From NCBI RefSeq assembly GCF_032062105.1, contig NW_026935910.1, positions 1-64,000 of the forward strand: DNA of 64,000 bases. Direction: 5' to 3'. Shown piece by piece: positions 1 through 12,579 of this stretch (within the stretch, counting starts at the first letter, position 1; every line of letters begins with the position of its first letter). The notes under the pieces were generated by a model. The model did not search any database. It saw only the letters and a list, made by a program, of their open reading frames with translations, and was not told the origin of the DNA. The translations under genes were made by a program, and so were the position numbers. The stretch comes from Saccostrea cucullata (Eukaryota).

Positions 1-47
1 CTTTGAAAAATCAATATATTTTTTCCCATGGATTGGTGAAGACTTAC

Positions 48-92
48 CTGATCAAGCCAGACATTCGTGACGAGAACTTGATTTTTCTCATC
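48..92 (-). CDS. nAChR (Cys-loop ligand-gated channel) subunit, internal 45-nt exon DEKNQVLVTNVWLDQ
   Basis: Minus strand reads TTTTTTTTTTCAG|GATGAG...GATCAG|GTAAGT. This is the canonical 15-codon, phase 0/0 DEKNQ exon of nAChR genes and is not in the ORF track. The gene continues beyond the left edge of the window. Confidence 0.95.
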
Positions 93-1380
93 CTGAAAAA
101 AAAATCAACACAGTGGAACTGCATGATTACTTAACAGTATTTTAGATAATACAAGACTTATATGATAATAATATCGAACTCGATTCTTTCTTGTTTATGA
201 ATACGGTGAAATTTGAATATATTATTATTAATTTAAAATTGATTTGTTTTCTTCATTTCTATTAGAAATGAACATCACATAATAAGTGTCAGAACATAAA
301 ATGAATGATACATGTATATTGATATGCCATAAAATGTATGTTATATAAGATATCTAGGCCTCTTTTTAATTTTTCATGTTGTACACATTTTGCAATGCAT
401 CTTATGACCACATTAGAACGTGTTCATTGTTCTTCGGGATAAATAAAGCACATCTAAGCAAGGAAACAAGGTAAAAATAGTAGTATACTGAACGGAAATC
501 GAAGGAATAACAATAATTCATAGAGTTCCGGCTTTATGACTGCTAATAAAGAAAACATGGTGGAGGATAAAAGAGAAGTTTTATGTCATCTGACGTGGTT
601 AGGAAGATGTTTGTGTAAACGATGTGTGCGTGCTAGGAAGAGATAAACAGAAATCGACAGACAATCGATTTTCCGGACCTAATGAGTCCTCACTTTACCT
701 ATCCCACTGGTTGCTCACTACCTATCCACTGAATTTCGCCTTTTAGTCCAATTCCCGTTCACATGGTATAATACAATATTTTCACTGTCTCAAAACAATC
801 AGTATCCACAATCATATCAAACGTATATTAATAAGTACATATCGTAGGATTTTCAACAAAAGTCGGGTAGGATTTTTTAGAACTGCGAACACTGTAAGCA
901 TGTATAGTGAGAAAAATGGCAAGATATTCAAACCAATCACTTTTATTGGTAAAGAGAGCGGGAACCAATTAGAGCCCAAAAATGAGTCAATTACAAGAGA
1001 AATAACAAATCGCATTATCTTAGAATCGATGACCACCATCTGCAAGAGTACACTAATGTGATTATGTGACACACTGTAACTGAAGGCAAGGTAAGAAAGG
1101 AACGTCAAAATGATCAAAGGTGGTCATGCCATATTGTTACACTTTCCAAAATTTCTGAGATTATTGTCAAAATGAACATGATGAAGGTCAATATTCCCTG
1201 GAAGCCACTGTAGGGTCAAACTTTTGTTTGATGAAAATTCATTTTAAAAACTCAGATACTGTGTTAAATCAAATAAGATAAGCAAAGTCAGTATGCAGTC
1301 AGCATACAATTGATATTGATAAAATTGGTAATAGTCGGCATTGCCAACAAAAATAGCATAGTAAACAAGCAATCAAAACC

Positions 1381-1630
1381 GTCAGCAAGTAGTCAACATG
1401 GTCAGCAAGCAGTCAACACTGTCAAAAAGCAGTCAACATGGTCAACAAGTAGTCAACATGGTTAGTAAGCAGTCAACATGGTCAGAAAGTAGTCAACATG
1501 GTCAGCAAGCAGTCAACATTGTTAGCAAGCTGTCATCACTGTCAACAAGCAGTCAACATGGTCAACAAGCAGTCAACATGGTCAGCAAGAAGTCAACATG
1601 GTTAGCAAGCTGTCAACATGGTAGTAAGCA
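1381..1630. repeat. 20-bp minisatellite (AGTCAACATGGTCAGCAAGC), about 12 copies
   Basis: Clear 20-nt periodicity; explains ORF 1398-1667. Confidence 0.9.
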
Positions 1631-2585
1631 ATACAAATTGTCAGTAGATACTCTAAATTACCAGTAAACATTTATTATTATCAATGCCATAACCAAGATT
1701 GTGAGTAGAAAGTCAATATGGACAACAAACAATCAGCAAGACAACAAACACTAGCTACAGTTTTGACAGCAACAAAAATGAAGTTGACAGCAAACAACTA
1801 GTACTGCCAGAAAATCTAAGTATTTGCACAAACCATACTCTACATTGTCAATAAGTTTTACTAGCACTGACAATTCCAAAAACTTTAAACCCAGCATTAA
1901 CAACAAACAGAAAATGCATTACAACAACCATAAGGAACAATTACTATAGGCAATGATATTAAGTGCTCATGATTCAATCCTGACGCCAACCATAACCAAC
2001 ATTAACAACAGAAAGTCAGTATTAGCGGCAATATTATCCAGCTTACAGCAGACAAACGTTACAGAAGGTAACCTGCATCAACAATTAACAGCATTATCAA
2101 CATTGATAATTAACATAACCAGTAATCAACCATATCCAGTAGAAATAGCAACCGGCACCAGCTAGAAATAGCAACCGGCACCAGCTAGACACCTCGAGAG
2201 TAAACCCTGACAGCAACTTAATAAGTGTCTACAGCAATCCATTAACACGGAAAAGGGTTAACATCTGTAGCCAAAACTTAAAAAAATCAACAGTAGTTAT
2301 TCTCAAACTTGAAAAAATATTAAGTTGTGAGCAAAACAGTTATGGACCTATGAAATTAGTACAGGTGGGATCAGCCGTCATCAATCACGTTTCGACGGTC
2401 AAATTCGCCGTGTGCTCTATGAAATGAATGAATAATTAAACGATACTAGTTGACAATTCAATATAAAGAATTGCAAATTGCTGCTTAAATGAGCTTGTTT
2501 GTCAGTAGTCTGTCTAGTTTTAGAAATTGCTCATTGAGGAACTCATATCAATCACCTCCGAGTTTAACAGAAAACATAACCAGCA

Positions 2586-3865
2586 ACAAGCAAATTTAAA
2601 GAATTGTGGTCCCCCGCTTTCGGTGTCTTTGTTGGTGAGATGTTATTTTTTATGACATATTGTGTCTAATATGAACATCCTATCATATTTTTTTAATTAT
2701 CATTGAAGTTGATTTTTTTGAAGGATGAAATCCCTTATCCTGACCGTAAAAAAAGTTATGGCCAAAGTTAACTTTTTTAAAAGTAGGTCAACTCCAAGGT
2801 CAAGATCAAAGGGTCAAAGTTGTTGACGAATGGTTTTCTCACAAGGATTACATATGTGAAGTATGAAAGCCCTAGACCTTACCGTTCAAAAGTTGTGGTC
2901 AAGGATAAAGTTTTTTCATAAGTACGTAAATCTTTAAGATCAAGGTCAAAAGGTCAAAGTTGTTGATATCCAATGAAAGGACTTGCCACAAAGAATACAT
3001 ATGTGAAATATAAAAGTCCTAGTATCTACCGTTCAAAAGTGGTGACCAAAGTTAAATTTTTTTTAAAAGAAGTTAAAACTCCAATGTCAAGGTCAAAGGG
3101 TAAAAGTTGTTGGTATCCAATGAAGGTCTTCTCAAAAAGAGAAGTAAAGCCCTAGCCCTCACCGTTCAAAAGTTATGGTCAAGGTTAAAGTTTTTTCATA
3201 AGTATGTAAATCTCCAAGGTCAAAAGGTCAAGGTTGTTGGTATCCAATGAAATGTCTTGCAACAAGAAATACATATGTGAAACATAAAAGTCCTAGTATC
3301 TACTGTTTAAAAGTTGTGACCAAGGTTAAAGTTTTTAAAAAGTAGTTAAAACTCCAAGGTCAAGGTCAAGGGGTAAAAGTTCTTGGTATCCAATAAAAGG
3401 TCTTCTCACACGGATTACATTTGTGAAGTACGAAAGCCTTAGTCCTCACGTGCACCGTTCAAAACTTATGGTCAAGGTTAACGTTTTTTCATAAGTACGT
3501 AAATCTCCAAAGTCAAGGTCAAAAGGTCTAGGTTGTTGGTATCCAATGAAAGGTCTTGCCACAAACAATATATTTGTGAAATATGAAAGTCCTAGTACCT
3601 TCCATTCAGAAGTTATGGCCAAAGTAAAAGTTTGAAATTTCTGTGTAAAAGTGGGTCAAACTCCAAGGTCAAGGTCAAAAGGTCAAATTTGGTGGTACCC
3701 AAAGAAAGGTCTTGTCACAAGGAATACACATGTGAAATATGTAAGTCATAGCTCTACTAAATCAAAAGTTATGGGCAAGGTTAAAGTTTTTGTGACGGAC
3801 AGACTGACGGACAGACGAATGAGATTTAATGTCCCCTCGCTTTCGCGAAAGCGGGGGACAATAAA
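2586..3865 (-). mobile_element. Pearl/HINE-like non-autonomous Helentron derivative with about 7 internal tandem units of 140-155 bp
   Basis: Subterminal motif GTCCCCCGCTTT at about 2608 is inverted in the terminal hairpin GTCCCCTCGCTTTCGCGAAAGCGGGGGAC at about 3831-3859. GACG/GACA microsatellite; repeated AAGGTCAAGGTCAA units. Confidence 0.75.
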
Positions 3866-3929
3866 AGCCATATTAAGCATTTACAACAAACATGATAAAA
3901 TTGTTAGCGAACAAGGTATTCAGAGTCAC

Positions 3930-4095
3930 TGAACAGTGAAGGGTCTTTTACATGTCAGCATCCACTGCAAAAGAAATCTTGGTTTATATAGTCTCATCCT
4001 AAGGACCCGTCTATTTATCCTAGAGTGGGATTCAAGTCCGCCATGAAAGTTTAAACTCCTTCGGCTCATACTAACCACTGCCTCATGCAGGCAAC
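3930..4095 (-). mobile_element. Degenerate tRNA-derived SINE (V-domain-like core)
   Basis: Reverse complement of the GCAGTGGTTAG...GAATCCCAC...GGATGAGAC...TAAACC family seen elsewhere in the window. Confidence 0.6.
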
Positions 4096-4514
4096 GCTAT
4101 TTTTATTAAACCTAAGCATTTTTATTACTGGCAGCAACCAAAACAGTATTTATAGCACCACAACCAGCAATAAAAGCAAACATTAACGGCAAAAATAGCC
4201 ACCATATAGCTACATGTAGCAATATCCTGAATTAACATCCACCAAACCTAGCACTGAAAGGCGATCATAGTCTGCTTTGACAACAAGCAAACCAGCATCA
4301 ACGACAGATATAACTAGCCTTTAGGAATCATAACCAGTACTAAAAACAATTGCTGGGCACTGACAGCAACCATAATCAGCATTAACAGCTAACATAAACT
4401 ACAATCAGCATAACATGGTAACAGTAACACTTTAAACAGCATCAAGATGCTACTCGAACATGATCCGGAAAAGTGTCAGCGTTACAAAATACAACAATCG
4501 AGCAGTATGACATT

Positions 4515-4655
4515 AAGCCCAAAGGGGCGCTTACTCCTCGACGACATCTGACCCTACCTCTGTTGTTTTCTGTATGTTTGCTCTGTTCCCGTTTCGAGGT
4601 TTGTTTCGTAAAAAAGTGTTAAGCTTAATAATGGTTTGTTATCTCCATATTTCAC
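4515..4655 (+). mobile_element. 3' end fragment of the Penelope-like (Naiad-type) element
   Basis: AGGGGCGCTTACTCCTC...ACATCTGACCCTACCTCTG...TGTTTGCTCTG matches the 3' end of the copy at 9540-9700. Confidence 0.5.
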
Positions 4656-4982
4656 ACCTTTTTCGGAACAGTTCATTAATAAAAAAAGAATTTAAATTAA
4701 AATTGTTTAAACAGCAGTTTTAATATTGAATGGTTTGCTTCCTTAAGTTAAACAACGTCACTTCCGGTAGGTTATGACCTTGTATTTAGATTTCCTAGTT
4801 TTGCTAAACCAACTATGAAATTGAATTAATTGCCAATTTTGCGAAGTGTCACATGTAGAAAAGTACAATGAGAAATGCATGCTAAATTGACGTTTTAGTG
4901 TGATGAATGAGATGTAAACAAAATAGCAAAAATCAATGAGACTGTCATTTTAAAGTGTGCATTAGGTCCTCGTAATACTTGC

Positions 4983-5209
4983 CATATCAAATATTTGAGT
5001 TAGGGTCAAGCCCATCTTTACGATAACAGCTGACGAAGCGTTCTGAACGGGTCTCACAGCTTTTTCATATCCCCTCAAAATGTGATTCATCAACCTCTGC
5101 TCATCAGGTATCGGTCTTGTAATGACGTCATCAACCTTACGGTTCATCACGTACGTAACGTTATAAAATGCACTGTCGGTGATGCTGGCGGGAAAATTTG
5201 CAAGGTGCT
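4983..5209 (-). CDS. nAChR subunit exon (N-terminal helix to beta1: ...PDEQRLMNHILRGYEKAVRPVQNASSAVIVKMGLTLTQIFDM), alpha9/10-like or lophotrochozoan type
   Basis: Lies inside ORF 4962-5330. Acceptor TTTCTCATTTCTTTAG (phase 1); 227 nt = 2 + 75 codons; ends ATG|GCAAGT (GC donor, phase 0) and joins the DEKNQ exon in frame. Carries the EQRL...Y...VRPV motif. Confidence 0.92.
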
Positions 5210-5695
5210 CTAAAGAAATGAGAAAAACTTGCATAAAGTCTCTATCTGAATATTTTAAATGATTTAAATAAATTAGCACATAATTGTTTTCTGCAATTTT
5301 ATGTCTCTCTAAATAATACTTAGATTGCATTCCTAATCATTAAAATTTTTAAAAGTATTTTGCATCATAATATTCATAACCTTAAGCGTAAGAGCAAAAC
5401 GGCTTTCGTTAACTGCTTCCGGTTTTACAAATGGAAACATTTTTATTCACAAGGTCAATTATACATGTAGCGGTTAGCATTCTATCTATTTAAATTATGA
5501 CAATATTCCTTAAGAGGTTCAGAGTGAGTACCCGAGTACGACCATATAGATTTTCTGCTCATCCAAACACCCTGAAAAACATATTTAAAGTCGCTTCATC
5601 AATAAATTAACTCATAGTAAGATTCTGATCTATAGGAAATTAAAGTCGCGCAATTCGTGTCCGAAGAAAACTTTTACAGTTTGAACCTAAATTTA

Positions 5696-6043
5696 ACTAG
5701 AGGTACTGTGAGCGATGAGCTCACTAAATGATACCCCCCGCCTCCCATATGGTTATAACTGGTGAAAAAGTCCATGTTTTCCTGTGGCCGGGAAACCCAA
5801 AATATGTGTCGGATCAAAAAGTAAAATAGGAGGTGCACAATGGCAACATATTAAAGATTCTGTGAAAGTTTCATCAAATTTCATTCAGTGGTATAAGAGG
5901 AGTTGCGGATAAGAGATGGGTACCTCAAAGTGTAAAAGACAGACGGACGGACGGACAGACATACGGACGTACAGACGGACGGACGGACGGACGGAAATAC
6001 CGATTACTATATACCCCCACTTTTCAAGCGGGGGGTATAAAAA
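5696..6043 (-). mobile_element. Short HINE/MITE-like element with ACGG microsatellite (family 2)
   Basis: Ends AACTAGAGGTACTGTGAGCGATGAGCTCAC and ATACCCCCACTTTTCAAGCGGGGGTATA; same family at 8669-9027, 9110-9498 and 42236/49315. Confidence 0.75.
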
Positions 6044-8668
6044 GACAATTTAATGCTTATGGACAGGAACCTTCAAATTTGAGGTAGGGTGTACGTCATC
6101 GATGGGAAATGACATATTCAGCCCTCCTGATATACGTGTGTGTGAATTTCCATCTTTCTTCTTTCCAGAAGTAACGACCCACACTCAAAGTTATCCTCTT
6201 ATGCCAATACATGTGTATGACCAGATAATTCTTAGCCAAGGCCGTGACGCGTCCTATTGTCATTATCAATTACTGTATATTTGAGCTTTCAGAAAAATGG
6301 CCATAACTTTTTTAAATGTTGACTGACATTTTGACCAGTTGAACTCTGTCCTGAAGCCGGGCAATAGTATCATCAATACTCATAAAGATTTATACTTCTA
6401 GTTTGCAGAAGGTCAAATTGATTGATATACCTGATGTGCATTTACTTCTCTACACTGATTATGGGATAAATGAAAACTATAATATTTTGTCAAGGGCAAA
6501 AACCTACGATATTTACCAATTACAAAGAAGAAATTCTTTCTTAGTTAGCATATAATCGGAACATCCTCGAGACATCAGGCTCAATGGTCCCTTGATCCCA
6601 ATCAATGCAAGAAAGAATTCCCCGTCCTCACTGTCGGATTTGAAGACTTTCAGTTAAAAAGAGCCCGGGAAACCTTCATTGTTTGTGTCGTTAGAAAGGA
6701 TGTAGGAAAAGCTCCGTGTCATCTTTGTCTTCCAGTCACGCAAGTTTCCAGTAGATCAAATGCTTTAAAATTGATTACCATTTTGAACCGCGAGAATCAA
6801 GATTCAATGCAAAGGATTAGCGGAAGGTCTACAGGAAAGCCAGGAGCGTCGAATATTAGAATTGTAATGCGGTGCATTACATGTTTATCGCATTTGCTTT
6901 TCGAAATTTTTATTTTACAGACTTGAAACAAATAAAGGATGGTTCTTCCGTGCACACAAAGTAGTAATTGAATGAAAAATCGCGCCACAGGTTAGATGAA
7001 TTTGCGATAATACAACGGTTTTTAATTTCTTAAACGTGCACACATAATAAAATTGTTATTGATTGCATATGATTTTCATTCCTTTGAGTTTCTAGTCCTT
7101 GTTATGTAAGAACAACGATCGAGGTAAAGGCCATTATAACAGTATCAAGATGTTAAAATAAAGTGTCAAAATGTTCCTTCTTGATTTTTATTTTCCGTTT
7201 TCTTTTAATTTTGATTTGTTTATACCTTTTGGGTTTTCTGGATTAAATTTTAATTTCAATTTCCTTTTTTTTTAAATAGTGTGTAGTGCATAAAATAGAG
7301 CAAATAAAACTAGATGAAACTTTCTCGAATTCATTAACCCCCCCCCCCCAGACATCCAAACTTTTAAGTCGATATTTGTTTCATGTGGTTCTTGAAGACT
7401 TTTTTCAGGTACATTTACACTTGTAGTTATAAAGTTATTATCGAATATTAATGTATTACCATAAGAATATTTAAAACTTTAAAATTGAAGCTAACTTAAC
7501 AATCTTTATCACATAATAATTTGAGATTTCTCAACAGCCAATAATATTTATTAACGTAAGTTCAAGGTTTAAGAAGTTCAATTAATTCTCAAGCAAACTA
7601 ATTTAAGACATTTTAATTATTAAAATAAATACTAGTACATGTACTTGAAAAGAACCCATGTAAAAATTCAGAAAGAAAATTCAAACTTAAACCAATTTTG
7701 CATTAAATTTTATGATACAAATAAATGCTTTCAAAAATATCTTCTGATTTAATTTACATTTTGACCATTTTCTATCGTATAATTTTTTTATAGTTTAAAA
7801 GCTGATATGTGGATTATTAGAGATATTCATATACTGCTACATAATTACATGTACCTGGCAAAAGTAGTAGAAACACGAATATCTTAATGGTCCTCGGCAA
7901 ATGGTTTTCTCTTACACAGCAAACTTCCATGTTACTCCAATAAATATATGAAATCCAGATTTCCGAGCCCGAAATGCATCCTCACACATCCAAAGCAACT
8001 AATGAGCAGCTTTTATTCGATAAATGATCAGATTCAGCGCTCGGTCTCTTTCCTCTTGGTTAGTTCATCGAAATAAAAAAAAATCGAAATTGTCTTTTCA
8101 AGATAAGAAAACATATTCTCAATGATGTCAAGAATTTTTCTGACACTCAAATTAAAAAAAATCTGGAAAAGGGTGACTAAAGTGCGATACTGAAGCCGAT
8201 GAAAATGTCGATGTTGCTTATTTGAAGTGATCTTGTCGATTGATTTTTCCACCTAAAGAGCACTCGGCCTCTTAACTGTCTTAAATCAAGATGGTAATTG
8301 GGTTTCTTTAAATATAAGTTGTCGACAATTTAAAATCAAACAGATTTCCATGTATTTTAAAAGAAAAATCATCTTCTTCCTTCTACTGTTGTATTCAAAT
8401 ATCACACCAGAAATTATTACGAATCGAATATGGTTGTTCAATGCAAGTCTCTTAACTGTAAATTATTAAGGTCTTGTAGTCATATATGTACAATAGTCAA
8501 TTAACATGTAAAATACTTCTGAAATTAAAGGAAAATTTATAGGGGAATTTGAGCTGATAATATAATTATACTTCAAATGTATTGCGTGTTAAAATATATG
8601 CGCATATAGATATTTGAGCCTCGCCAAAAAGTATTGAGAATTTGTTAGTCAAAGTTGTTCAAAATATC

Positions 8669-9027
8669 AAGAGGTACTGTGAGCAATGAGCTCACTAACA
8701 ATGCTTAAATATTACCCCGCCTCCAATATGAATATAATTTTTGGCAGTGTCCATGTTTTGCTCTGAAATTAGTTGGGAATTTGGAAAACTTCAAAAATAT
8801 ATGTCAGATCAAAAAAGTAAAATAGGAGGTGCACAATGGCAAAAATATATATGTCAAAAATAAAATAAGAATCAATATGTAATTGTGAAAGTTTCATTAA
8901 ATTTCCTTCAGTGGTGTGAGAGGAGTTGCGGATAAGAGATGGGTACCCCAAAGCGTAACAGACGGACGGACGGAAATACCGATTACTATAATTATACCCT
9001 CCCATTTTTCAAGCGGGGGGTATAATA
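8669..9027 (-). mobile_element. HINE family 2 copy
   Basis: Colinear with 5696-6043. Confidence 0.75.
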
Positions 9028-9109
9028 AATGAATTATTGCAAAAGAAAATCGTTCTTTACTCTTAACATTTGCAGGATATTTGAATGAATATGTAAAATT
9101 CTTGTTGGT

Positions 9110-9498
9110 TTTATACCCCCCGCTTGAAAAGTGGGAGGGTATACAGTAATCGGTATGTCCGTCCGTCTGTACGTCCGTCCGTCTGTTACGCTTTATCTCT
9201 TATCCGCAACTCCTCCTATACTACTGAGTGAAATTTAATGAAACTTTCACAGAATCTTTATTACATATTGCCATTGTGCACCTCCTATTTTACTTTTTTA
9301 TTCGACACGTATTTTAGGTTTCCCATAGCAAAACATATAGGCATTGCCATTATATGTTTACCTATGACGTCACATATAGAAGCTTCTGGATCACATTTGA
9401 TAGGACGAGTTATTCCTCTTTACATATTACCAGAAAACAATATATAGCAACACATGGACATATCATTTAGTGAGCTCATTGCTCACAGTACCTCTAGT
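9110..9498 (+). mobile_element. HINE family 2 copy, inverted relative to 8669-9027
   Basis: Begins TTTATACCCCCGCTTGAAAAGTGGGAGGGTATA and ends GCTCACAGTACCTCTAGTT. Confidence 0.75.
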
Positions 9499-9534
9499 TT
9501 TTTTTTTTTTTTTTTTTGCAACAATAAAAGCTTC

Positions 9535-10730
9535 TGGAAGGATATGGAGATAACGAACAGTATTCAATCTCAAAGTCCATAAAACAATACAAAATAAGAG
9601 CAGAGCAAACACAGACCCCCGAAACATCAGATGTGGGATCAGGCGCCATGGAGGAGTGAGCATCCCCTGCCGACCGGTCACACCCGCCGTGTGCTCATTG
9701 TCAAGATTAGGAAATAACGGAAACATTCGTCGTCAATTCAGTGTATAAATAATGGACTAACAATCGGTATGAAAAACGTCAGTCAGCATTTGATTCAATG
9801 ATAAACTGTATTTGCTGACAAGGTCATTGCATCGACCATAGAACTTTCGAAATGATGACTTTAAACGAGACTGCTGATATTCTTGTTTCATCAACTTGCT
9901 TGTCAATATATAATTTACCTCTTTTTAGAAATTGTTCGTACGTAGAGCATGCTCTTGCTTATCGAATCATCTGAGATATATATACTCCGTATGCAGGTGA
10001 TGAAGGTCTATTGCTGCATAAGTAAGGAAAGTTGACGATAGAAAAGTTAAAGTCATCACGTTTATCATATAGTTTGGTTGTTAGATTACCATTAGCGTCT
10101 ATTTCAAGTAAATATCCAAGTATGAAACAGAAGTGTCAGACTCTGTGGTATCTTTTATCTTAAGCTCACCAGGATATATCATATCGACGTAGGAATGGAA
10201 ATTACCATTGTTAATTGACAATATGTTGTCGATATAATTACCTAAATGTCGAATTGAAGGCCACAAGTGTTTTCTTCTTTTCACGCATAAGATTTTGCAT
10301 AAATTCTGCTTCATATGAATATAAAAATAAGTCTGCTAATAAAGGATCGCAATTTGTACCCATGGAAATTCCAATAGATTGTTGGAATACCTAGTCTCCA
10401 AAAATCACATAGATATTTTCAATAAGAGACTCAAGCATCTTCTTGATGTCAACTTCAGAGTACTTATGTGTGCAATCAGAATCTGTTTTAACAAAATAAT
10501 TTTGTAAATGACCTATGGCGAGGTAAGTAAATTTACAAGTTCCATTTTTATTGAAGAAGCAGCTGTCAATGATATCAAAAAGCCTGGATTTTAATTTGTC
10601 GTGGGGAATTTTTGTGTATAAAGTTGAAAAGTCGTTAAGCTTTTAAACTGTTGATTTTTGTAAAGTCTTGTGATTTCAAATTGTCCAAGATTTCTTTAGA
10701 ATTTTTAAGTATCCACATCTGATTAATATC
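9535..10730 (-). mobile_element. 5'-truncated, decayed Penelope-like retroelement (Naiad-type, C-terminal RT)
   Basis: Minus-strand RT motifs across frameshifts and stops: NQMWILKNSKEIL, DFSTLYTKIPHDKLKSRL, FQQSIGISMGTNCDPLLADLFLYSYE, YIDNILSINN, IKDTTES...SYLDI, DKRDDFNFSIVNFPYL, PAYGVYISQMIR*ARAC. No GIY-YIG domain after the RT. Confidence 0.85.
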
Positions 10731-11811
10731 TGGAATAGTTTTTGTAGTCTCCACTTAGTATAACTTACATGTACATTGTTTGCACAATACAAAAAAAAAC
10801 CGTAGAGAGGTGCCAAAATTTACCAGAACTGTCCAATTTTAAGTAGTACACACAAGTGCGACTCTTACAAATTAAATTTTATTATTGTATTCAATTTCAC
10901 CACGTAATTTGGATTACATACGTGTATATAGAACTATCATACATACAGGTATATCTATTTATTCGGTCATTAATTACAATGTATGAAATACAATCGGAAT
11001 GACATCGAAATATGGAAGGAGTTTTTAATGCCATTTAACTTTTACCCCTTTGAAATTTTATGCCATGTACAGAAGCGAACACAAACGCTGTGTCTATATT
11101 CAGTACAGATCCTCTTTGTTTGTCTGTGTCATGCAATGCTGTATTCGAGATTATTGGAAATCACAACAAAATGATCAGTTCACTAAAATAAAAGGAATAT
11201 TACAGATGTAATTCTAGACTCAAATTACCAACACACTAAGCCACTTTAAGAGCTTTTGTCAAAGACAATTGTCTGAGTACTTTTATAAAATTCCCCAGGG
11301 TACAGTGTACTTATGGCCAATGTGAAGAGGGAATTCTTTGATGATGCTTACAATTTGTTGAGTGGTCCCTTGGATCATCTAAATGGAATCAGTGATAAGT
11401 AATAATATCAGAATGGATAACGACTTTTGATCCGTCTCGATGTTCTTGGTCAGTGATCTTTTTCAAAGTCGATGCACTTAAAAAGTGCTGAAAATAATTT
11501 ACAAGATTATATTGGACTTATACATTTAACCTTAAGTTTTCGTGACATCTCTATAAACTGAATTTCAGTAGCCATGCTCAAAGGCCTTTTCATTGAAAAA
11601 ATAATTATGTTCTAAAACAGGACGGTATCTGCAGACTTTAAAGCACTGATTGTTTTCATTAGCAATGACGTCATGTTTTGAAATGACGTCAGGAAAATGA
11701 CGTAAAAATTAAAATATCCATGATTTCTACAAAAAAGGTAAATTTTGGGTAAAAGTCATCGAGCGTAGGTCTGCTCAATCTATTCTGATAGAATGTGTAG
11801 AATGATAATAA

Positions 11812-12579
11812 TGTAATAAATCAGAATTATTAAGGTGGATTGAAATAGGTTTTGAATAACCCAATAAAATAATTTTATGTGTAGCCAATCAGAGTTGATA
11901 TTTTAGCCAACCAAATGATTAGAATGATTAACCAATCAAGTACTCATTAAACAGATGCAAAATATTATAGATATAGGGATCAATCCAGCTTCGTTTACTT
12001 TTGGTGTAACTCTTTATCAGAGTTAGTTGACTTTGGAAGGGATACAACAGAATTGTTAGTTAGACCACTCAGCCAAGGGACCCAGTTCCCCAGTGTCTTT
12101 GTGACTAGCTATGGTGTCTCGGTGACTTTAGCTTGTGCCTAACCAAAAGTAATAGTGTCCTGTTGATAGAGCTCTCTGGTGTATTGGTGACTTTAGCTTG
12201 TGTTTGTGTGTCTTTAGGTGTATCTGTGACATTGTGATTTTAGGGTGTGTTTTAGATAGTTGCAGACTGTGTCGGGAAGCAATAGAACTGGTAGTTTAAC
12301 CACTCAGTCTGAAGCTATTGGGATAAGGTAATAGGTTTGATCATTGGTTTGTTAATTATTGATGATTCTTTTACTATAGTATGTTTTTATTTAGTTTACC
12401 AATCATTATCCAGATAGGACCAAGGAAAAAGTATATATAGTGAATTTCAGTCAGTTGCTCTTTTAGTGTCATTAATATTATTGGAAGTTTGTTTTGATTT
12501 TATATTATAAAGGTTATTCTTAGGAAGGAAACCTGAGCGAACCCAATTATTATCATTTGTACTCTGAAAAAACGTTACA
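11812..12579. mobile_element. Possible solo LTR
   Basis: TGTAA...TTACA termini around a 770-bp block of distinct composition with several CCAAT boxes; no clear TSD. Confidence 0.35.

Noticed and set aside
1398-1667. 89-aa S/Q-rich ORF
   Set aside because: Translation of the 20-bp minisatellite, antisense within an intron.
9535-10730. Selenoprotein-encoding Naiad (in-frame TGA plus SECIS)
   Set aside because: The disruptions I could read are TAA and frameshifts; I saw no TGA-for-Cys pattern or recognisable SECIS.
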